Shown here one piece after another: positions 57,146 to 64,000 of a stretch of DNA of 64,000 nucleotides. The notes under the pieces are model-generated. The model made no database searches. It was not told where the DNA came from and saw only the letters and a program-made list of their open reading frames with translations. Within the stretch, counting starts at the first letter, position 1; each line of letters begins with the position of its first letter. The position numbers and the translations under genes were made by a program. The stretch spans positions 27,032,001-27,096,000 of the forward strand of contig NC_073382.1 in NCBI RefSeq assembly GCF_028641065.1, written 5' to 3'. This stretch comes from Leucoraja erinacea (lineage: Eukaryota).

Positions 57146-58844
57146 AAATTGATTTTCATTTGATGATGTTAAGCAATTAGTCTCAAGATTAGATTGCACA
57201 CTACCATACATTTGTGCAGTGCATAGTGAAATTTCCATTAAAATTATGAAGAAGAGTTGTATGAAATCCAATATTTTCCTTCCAAGTGCTCTATTCACCA
57301 GAAGAGCAAAGAGAAGTCCAGACTCCAGCAGGCCTTTGTGGCACCAAAATGGCACCTCTTGCTTATGGACCCAGTGGGCTGTTCTGTGCATACTGTACTG
57401 ATCAGGGTGATTATGCTTATTTTTATGCTTATGGAGCTGTATGCAAAACACTGTGCCTGGTACACGTGACAATAAAGAAACCTTTGATATTCACAGTGGT
57501 CACTTTTAGGATGTTAGTTGACATGTGAATCCACAGAGCACTCACAGAGTCAACTTTCACAGAGGTTACAGAGCATGTTGTGGTGCTACTTTGGCTTCTA
57601 GCTCAGAAGGTCCCAGGGAGTCTAAAACCAGGAATCAAATGTGCCTGTTCTCAGCTGGAATGACTGCTGGAAATTCTGGAACTGGTGTTAAAAATGTTGA
57701 GACTGAGGTGAAAATAAGAATCAGGCTCATCCATCATTATCCATTTTCCATACATGCATACATTCAAACGTGTATTGAATGAGGTATTTTACATGACAAC
57801 TTAACTATCATTTTTTTAATTGCAATTTATTGATAATTTCAGTTGTTTCAATAAAAATAAATTGATAAGTAGGAAGCAAAGAACATATGATTATAAATAA
57901 ATGAAAATAACATCTTAAAATTTATTTTTGTGTTTTGAACAATGTCCATCTTGTAATAAATATTCTGCCAAAAAGAGCTTAAAAGTTAAAAACTCAATTT
58001 GCTCCTTGATGTAAAGAAATGATGTAGCAAACAGGTATTACATTAGAAACGGTATCTGTTCTGAGATTTTATCAATTTATTCTTATTATTGAAAACAAAC
58101 CATTGCTTTATGGAGGTCAGGACGGAAGATAGTGACAGAATTCTGGTTTCCAAATAAACAAAAAATAAAATAAATGTTTCTTTATCAGTTACGGTAGGTT
58201 GTTTTCTTTGGCTTTAAAATGTAGAAGTACAAACATCAAGCTAACATATATCCAAATGAAGCATTATTTATTTTCTTTACAAAGAACAGACAGAAACAGA
58301 TGTTCTGTCAAAGATGGTCCTAAAGTCCCATTTTAAATTCCTTTCTTGTCTTGTGATGTTCCGTAAATGAGCTTTACAACTGCATTCATTCCACAATTCA
58401 ATTTCACAGACACATTAGCCATGATATAATGCCGAGGTTAAATATATCAGGGCAGCTATTATGTGAAAATAATTAACAGTAATGAATAATGCACTAATTC
58501 TGCTGATGAGATATGGTTATGTGTATAATTAAGTGATAGGTTTGCCCTGATAAATGAAATTAAAATATTTAAACACTGTTTTATGATATTACTCAACTCA
58601 TGTAATTTCCTGTACTTACAATGAACTAGTTTGATTATTGCCATTATCTTGACAGCTACAGTGGATGAAATAGTTTCAGTTAATGTGACAGCTATTTGTC
58701 TTCCAGCAGTCTGTTCGCACAAAGCAAGGTGAAATGCAAAAGAGGATGAGCACTTCTTTCTTATTCGTTCTTTAACTGTGCACATATTTAGAGTTGCCAA
58801 CTTTTCTAATTGCTCTTAAGCTGAGAAAGTTTCTGTGAAGATTT

Positions 58845-59167
58845 TTAGTTTAGTTTCAGTTTAATTTAGAACTGCAGCACGGAAACAGGCCCTTTAGCCC
58901 ACCAAGTCCACGCCAACCAGCAATCCCCACACACTCACACTATCCTATACACTAGGGGTAATTTACATTTATATCAAGTCAACCTACAAACCTGTACGAC
59001 TTTGGAATGTGGGAGGAAACTGGAGATCTTGGAAAAGAAACACATGCAGATCATGGAGAGAACGTAAAACTCCATACAGACAACACTCCATACAGACAGT
59101 CAGTATCAAACCCATGTCTCTGGCGCTGTAAGGCAGCAACTCTCCAGCTGTGCCATTGTGCCACCCT
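58845..59167 (-). mobile_element. V-SINE (HE1-like)
   Basis: (tttag)n, cagcacggaaacaggccc...tggcgctgtaaggcagcaactctccagctgtgccattgtgccaccc. Confidence 0.85.
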
Positions 59168-59357
59168 TTTCTGTCACTTGCTTTTCTGCAAAATTGTGTT
59201 AAAGTACATAACATTGGTGTTGGGAATCTATCTGTTCTTGTTTCTGAAGTTTCATCCCTGCTGTGAAATTGGGGGTAACATATACAGCGCCAGATACCTG
59301 GGTTCAATCCTGACTACGTGCCCTGCCTGTACGGAGCTTGTATGTTCTCCCCATGAC

Positions 59358-62300
59358 AATAGACAATAGACAATAGGTGCAGGTGTAGGCCATTCAGCCC
59401 TTTGAGCCAGCACCGCCAATCACTGTGATCATGGCTGATCATTCACATTAAGTACCCCGTTTCTGCCTTCTCACCACCCATACGGGTGGTTTTAAACTGA
59501 ATAAGGGGGATGGGGTGTCGAATGGGATAGTGGAGGATGGAGTTAAAGGGAAAAGGTTTCTTAAATGTGTGAGCGTAGAGACCGAGGGGTGTAAAATGAG
59601 GGTAAAAGCAATAGGTAGCAAGGTGAAAAGTACAAGTGGCAGGCAGACAAAACCAGGGCAAAAATCAAAAAGGGCCACTTTTCAACATAATTATATAAGG
59701 GGTAAGAGTGTTGTAAAAACAAGCCTGAAAGCTTTGTGTCTCAATGCAAGGAGCATTCGTAATAAGGTGGATGAGTTGAATGTGCAGATAGCTATTAATG
59801 ACTATGATATAGTTGGGATCACGAAGACATGACTCCAGGGTGACCAAGGCTGGGAGCTGAACATCCAGGGATATTCAATATTCAGGAGGGATAGAGAGAA
59901 AGGAAAAGGAGGTGGGGTAGCGTTACTGATTAGAGAGGAGATTAATGCAATGGAAAGGAAGGACATTAGTTTGGAGGATGTGGAATCGGTATGGGTAGAG
60001 CTGCGAAACACTAAGGGGCAGAAAACGCTGGTGGGTGTTGTGTACAGGCCACCTAACAGTAGTAGTGAAGTTGGAGATGGTATCAAACAGGAAATTAGAA
60101 TTGCGTGCGACAAAGGCAAAACAGTTATAATGGGTGACTTCAATCTGCATATAGATTGGGTGAATCAAATTGGCAGGGGTGCTGAGGAAGAGGATTTCTT
60201 GGAATGTATGCGGCATAGTTATCTAAATCAACATGTAGAGGAAACAACGAGAGAGCAGGCTATTTTAGACTGGGTATTGAGTAATGAGGAAGGGTTAGTT
60301 AGCAATCTTGTTGTACGTGCCCCCTTGGGCAAGAGTGACCATAATATGGTTGAGTTCTTCATTAGGATGGAGAGTGACATTGTTAATTCAGAAACAATGG
60401 TTCTGAACTTAAAGAAAGGTAACTTTGAGGGTATGAGATGTGAATTGGCCAAGATTGACTGGCAGTTAATTCTAAAAGGGTTGACGGTGGATATGCAATG
60501 GAAGACATTTAAAGACTGCATGGATGAACTACAAAAATTGTTCATCCCAGTTTGGCAAAAATATAAATCAGGGAAGGTAGTACATCCGTGGATAACAAGG
60601 GAAATCAGGGATAGTATCAAATCGAAGGATAATGCATACAAATTAGCCAGAAAAAGCAGCATACCGGAGGACTGGGAGAAATTCAGAGACCAGCAGAGGA
60701 GGACAAAGGGCTTAATTAGGAAAGGAAAAATAGATTATGAAAGAAAACTGGCAGGGAACATAAAAACTGACTGCAAAGGTTTTTATAGATATGTGAAAAG
60801 AAAGAGATTAGTTAAAACAAATGTAGGTCCCTTGCAGTCAGAAACAGGTGAGTTCATCATGGGGAACAAGGATATGGCGGACCAATTGAATAACTACTTT
60901 GGTTCCGTCTTCACTAATACATAAATAATTTGCCGGAAATAGCAGGGGACCGCGTTTAAAGGAGTTGGAGGAATTGAGTGAAATCCAGGTTAGCCGGGAA
61001 GTGGTGTTGGGTAAATTGAATGGATTAAAGGCCGATAAATCCCCAGCGCCAGATAGGCTGCATCCCAGAGTACTTAAGGAAGTAGCTCCAGAAATAGTGG
61101 ATGCATTAGTAATAATCTTTCAAAACTCTTTAGATTCTGGAGTAGTTCCTGAGGATTGGCGGGTAGCAAACATGACCCCACTTTTTAAGAAGTGAGGGAG
61201 AGAGAAAACGGGGAATTACAGACCAGTTAGTCTAACATCGGTAGTGAGGAAACTGCTAGTCAGTTATTAAAGATGGGATAGCAGCACATTTGGAAAGTGG
61301 TGAAATCATTGGACAAAGTCAGCATGGATTTACAAAAGGTAAATCATGTCTGACAAATCTTATAGAATTTTTCGAGGCTGTAAATAGTAGCGTGGATAGG
61401 GGAGAACCAGTGGATGTGGTGTATCTGGACTTCCAGAAGGCTTTCGACAAGGTCCCACATAAGAGATTAGTATACAAACTTAAAGTACACGGCATTGGGG
61501 GTTCAGTATTGATGTGGATAGAGAACTGGCTGGCAAACAGGAAGCAAAGAGTAGGAGTAAACGGGTCCTTTTCACAATGGCAGGCAGGGACTAGTGGGGT
61601 ACCGCAAGGCTCAGTGCTGGGACCCCAGCTATTTACAATATATATTAATGATCTGGATGAGGGAATTGAAGGCAATATCTCCAAGTTTGCGGATGACACT
61701 AAGCTGGGGGGCAGTGTTAGCTGTGAGGAGGATGCTAGGAGACTGCAAGGTGACTTGACTAGGCTGGGTGAGTGGGCAAATGTTTGGCAGATGCAGTATA
61801 ATGTGGATAAATGTGAGGTTGTCCATTTTGGTGGCAAAAAACAGGAAAGCAGACTATTATCTAAATGGTGGCCGACTAGGAAAAGGGGAGATGCAGCGAG
61901 GCCTGGGTGTCATGGTACACCAGTCATTGAAAGTAGGCATGCAGGTGCAGCAGGCAGTGAAGAAGGCGAATGGTATGTTGGCTTTCATAGCAAAAGGATT
62001 TTAGTATAGGAGCAGGGAGGTTCTACTGCAGTTGTACAGGGTCTTGGTGAGACCAAACCTGGAGTATTGCGTACAGTTTTGGTCTCCAAATCTGAGGAAG
62101 GACATTATTGCCATAGAGGGAGTGCAGAGAAGGTTCACCAGACTGATTCCTGGGATGTCAGGACTGTCTTATGAAGAAAGACTGGATAGACTTAGCTTGT
62201 ACTCTCTAGAATTTAGGAGATTGAGAGGGAATCTTATAAAAACTTACAAAATTCTTAAGGGGTTGGACAGGCTAGATGCAGGAAGATTGCTCCCGATGTT

Positions 62301-62950
62301 GGGGAAGTCCAGGACAAGGGGTCACAGCTTAAGGATGTGGGGGAAATCCTTTAAAACCGAGATGAGAAGAACTTTTTTCACACAGAGAGTGGTGAATCTC
62401 TGGAACTCTCTGCCGCAGAGGGTAGTCGAGGCCAGTTCATTGGCTATATTTAAGAGGGAGTTAGATGTGGCCCTTGTGGCTAAGGGGATCAGAGGGTATG
62501 GACAGAAGGCAGGTACGGGATACTGAGTTGTATGATCAGCCATGATCATATTGAATGGCGGTGCAGGCTCGAAGGGCCGAATGGCCTACTCCTGCACCTA
62601 ATTTCTATGTTTCTATGTTTCTATCCCCCGACTCCATTATCTTTAAGAGCTCTATCTAACTCTCTCTTGAAAGCATCCAGCGAATTGGTCTCCACTGCCT
62701 TCTGAGGCAGCGAATTCCACAGATTCACAACTCTCTGTGTGAAAGCGTTTTTCCTCATATCCGGTCTAATGCCTACCCCTCATTCTTAAACTGTGGCCCC
62801 TGGTCTGGACACCTCCAACATCGGGAACATGTTTCCTGCCTCTAGCGTTCCAATCCCTTATTAATCTTATATGTTTCATTAAGATATCCTCTCATCCTTC
62901 TAAACTCCAGAGTATGCAAGCCCAGCCGCTCCATTCTATCCACATATGAC
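59358..62950 (-). mobile_element. Antisense CR1 3' fragment (59358-59483 plus 62625-62950) split by a sense CR1
   Basis: (acaatag)n tail, gccttctc...ccatac | ccccgactccattatctttaagagctctatc; same subfamily as 37200-37600. Confidence 0.85.
59484..62624 (+). mobile_element. CR1 LINE, 5'-truncated at the end of ORF1, with full-length but disrupted ORF2
   Basis: ORFs 59515-59832, 59950-60924, 60965-61195, 61290-62009, 62032-62526 with EN and RT motifs; (ttctatgt)n tail. Confidence 0.95.
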
Positions 62951-64000
62951 ATATGACCTGCGTGGGTTTAGTCTGGGTGCTCTGGCTCCCTGCTATGCTC
63001 TAAAGACATACAGGTTTGCAGGTTAATTGGCTTTGGTAAAAAAAAGGTTAAATTGTCCGGGGCGTGTACGATAGTGCTAATGTGCAGGGGGTCACAGGTC
63101 GGCGCAGATTCAGTGGGCCGAAAGGCCTGTTTCCGTGCGGTATCTCTAAATTCTAAACAATGATGAAAGGGATGCCCCAAGATAGCTGGCTGCCTTCCCT
63201 TGGGCAATGCTGTTCCTTGGCATTGGGAAGCCAGCTTCTGGCTCATTGGCATGGTTTGACACGACTCAGGATTTCTTCCAGCAACTCAGACATTGACAGG
63301 TATTCTGAAGCCCAGGAAATAACTTGGGTTTTTTTTTTAACTAAAGTCCTCACACTTACTTAAAATATGTGCATGCATTTAAATTAATTTCAGTAAAATA
63401 ACTCGAGAAGATTTTCTTACGATTGTCTCTGCATTAACTTCTTCCTGCTTAACCTGGTGTGGATGCTTGTAGGACCTGAAGCTTGTGATAGTTTGTGCTG
63501 CTCATTTGAACTTGTGTCAGCAACACAAGGTGGTGGGCAGGAGATCTTATTGCCATATGGCATGGGTGCCATGGCTGGTCTTTGCGGCTTTGGCAGAGGA
63601 GCTTGATACAGTGTGACAGAGTCGATGCTGTTATGTGGAGGCCCCAATATACTTCAGAAACAAGGCGATTGTGGAGTCACTTGTCAGTTTTACTGGTTGA
63701 GCTGCCAATTGTAGCAAAATAAAACATTTTGACTTATTTTACTGCTGTGAGGCTCCCAAAAGTGCAATCTATTTATGTTGGCATATAATTTCTGAAAATA
63801 CATTTTCATAACATTCGATTTAGCCACCCATTTTTAAGTGTTTGCTCGGCTTTTATTAACACGTTTTTGGACGACATAACACAAACCTTGGCTTCCACAC
63901 AGCAACGTTGGAGGAGTATTGAAGTGGTATTTACCACCTTCTTACTTTGCTGCCGAAATTTTCCCTGGATTTAACAGGGAGGCAATGGTAAGATGCCCCT

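Larger units (their letters stand above)
59281..63158 (+). mobile_element. V-SINE split into 59281-59357 and 62953-63158 by nested CR1 insertions
   Basis: tgtatgttctccccATGAC ... ATGACctgcgtggg rejoins the V-core; ATGAC duplicated. Confidence 0.8.

Noticed and set aside
63200-63650. Possible antisense RTE-type LINE relic (also 34800-35050 sense)
   Set aside because: Only faint motif resemblance; too degraded to call.

Overview
This is eukaryotic, repeat-rich, essentially non-genic DNA. The repeat complement (HE1-type V-SINEs, HER1/CR1 LINEs, Deu-domain SINEs) points by inference to a cartilaginous fish, probably a skate or ray. No intact cellular protein-coding gene is recognisable; every convincing ORF is transposon-derived and most are disabled. 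The window holds many CR1 fragments, including a near full-length copy (47648-51571: zinc finger plus SGNH-esterase ORF1, EN-RT ORF2) and a 3.1-kb copy (59484-62624). It also holds about 11 V-SINEs, two old DeuSINE remnants, Rex1/Babar-type fragments, a solo LTR, and a complete hAT element with TIRs, an 8-bp TSD and a CGGBP1-like transposase relic (23926-25992). More than a dozen Penelope-derived pieces are present; their 3' repeat carries a minimal hammerhead-ribozyme-like core. Four things most merit follow-up: (i) hammerhead-bearing Penelope mini-elements, one only 88 bp between an 11-bp TSD and many arranged as fold-backs; (ii) an unclassified transposon-like region (43551-45495) with a ~290-bp palindrome and a decayed ORF resembling a Spindlin/Tudor-like repeat; (iii) a GC-rich non-coding retroposon family with a Rex1-type tail and a covarying hairpin; (iv) an isolated 34-bp inverted repeat in unique DNA. 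All family names come from motif recognition by eye, not database searches, and boundaries of degenerate repeats are approximate.
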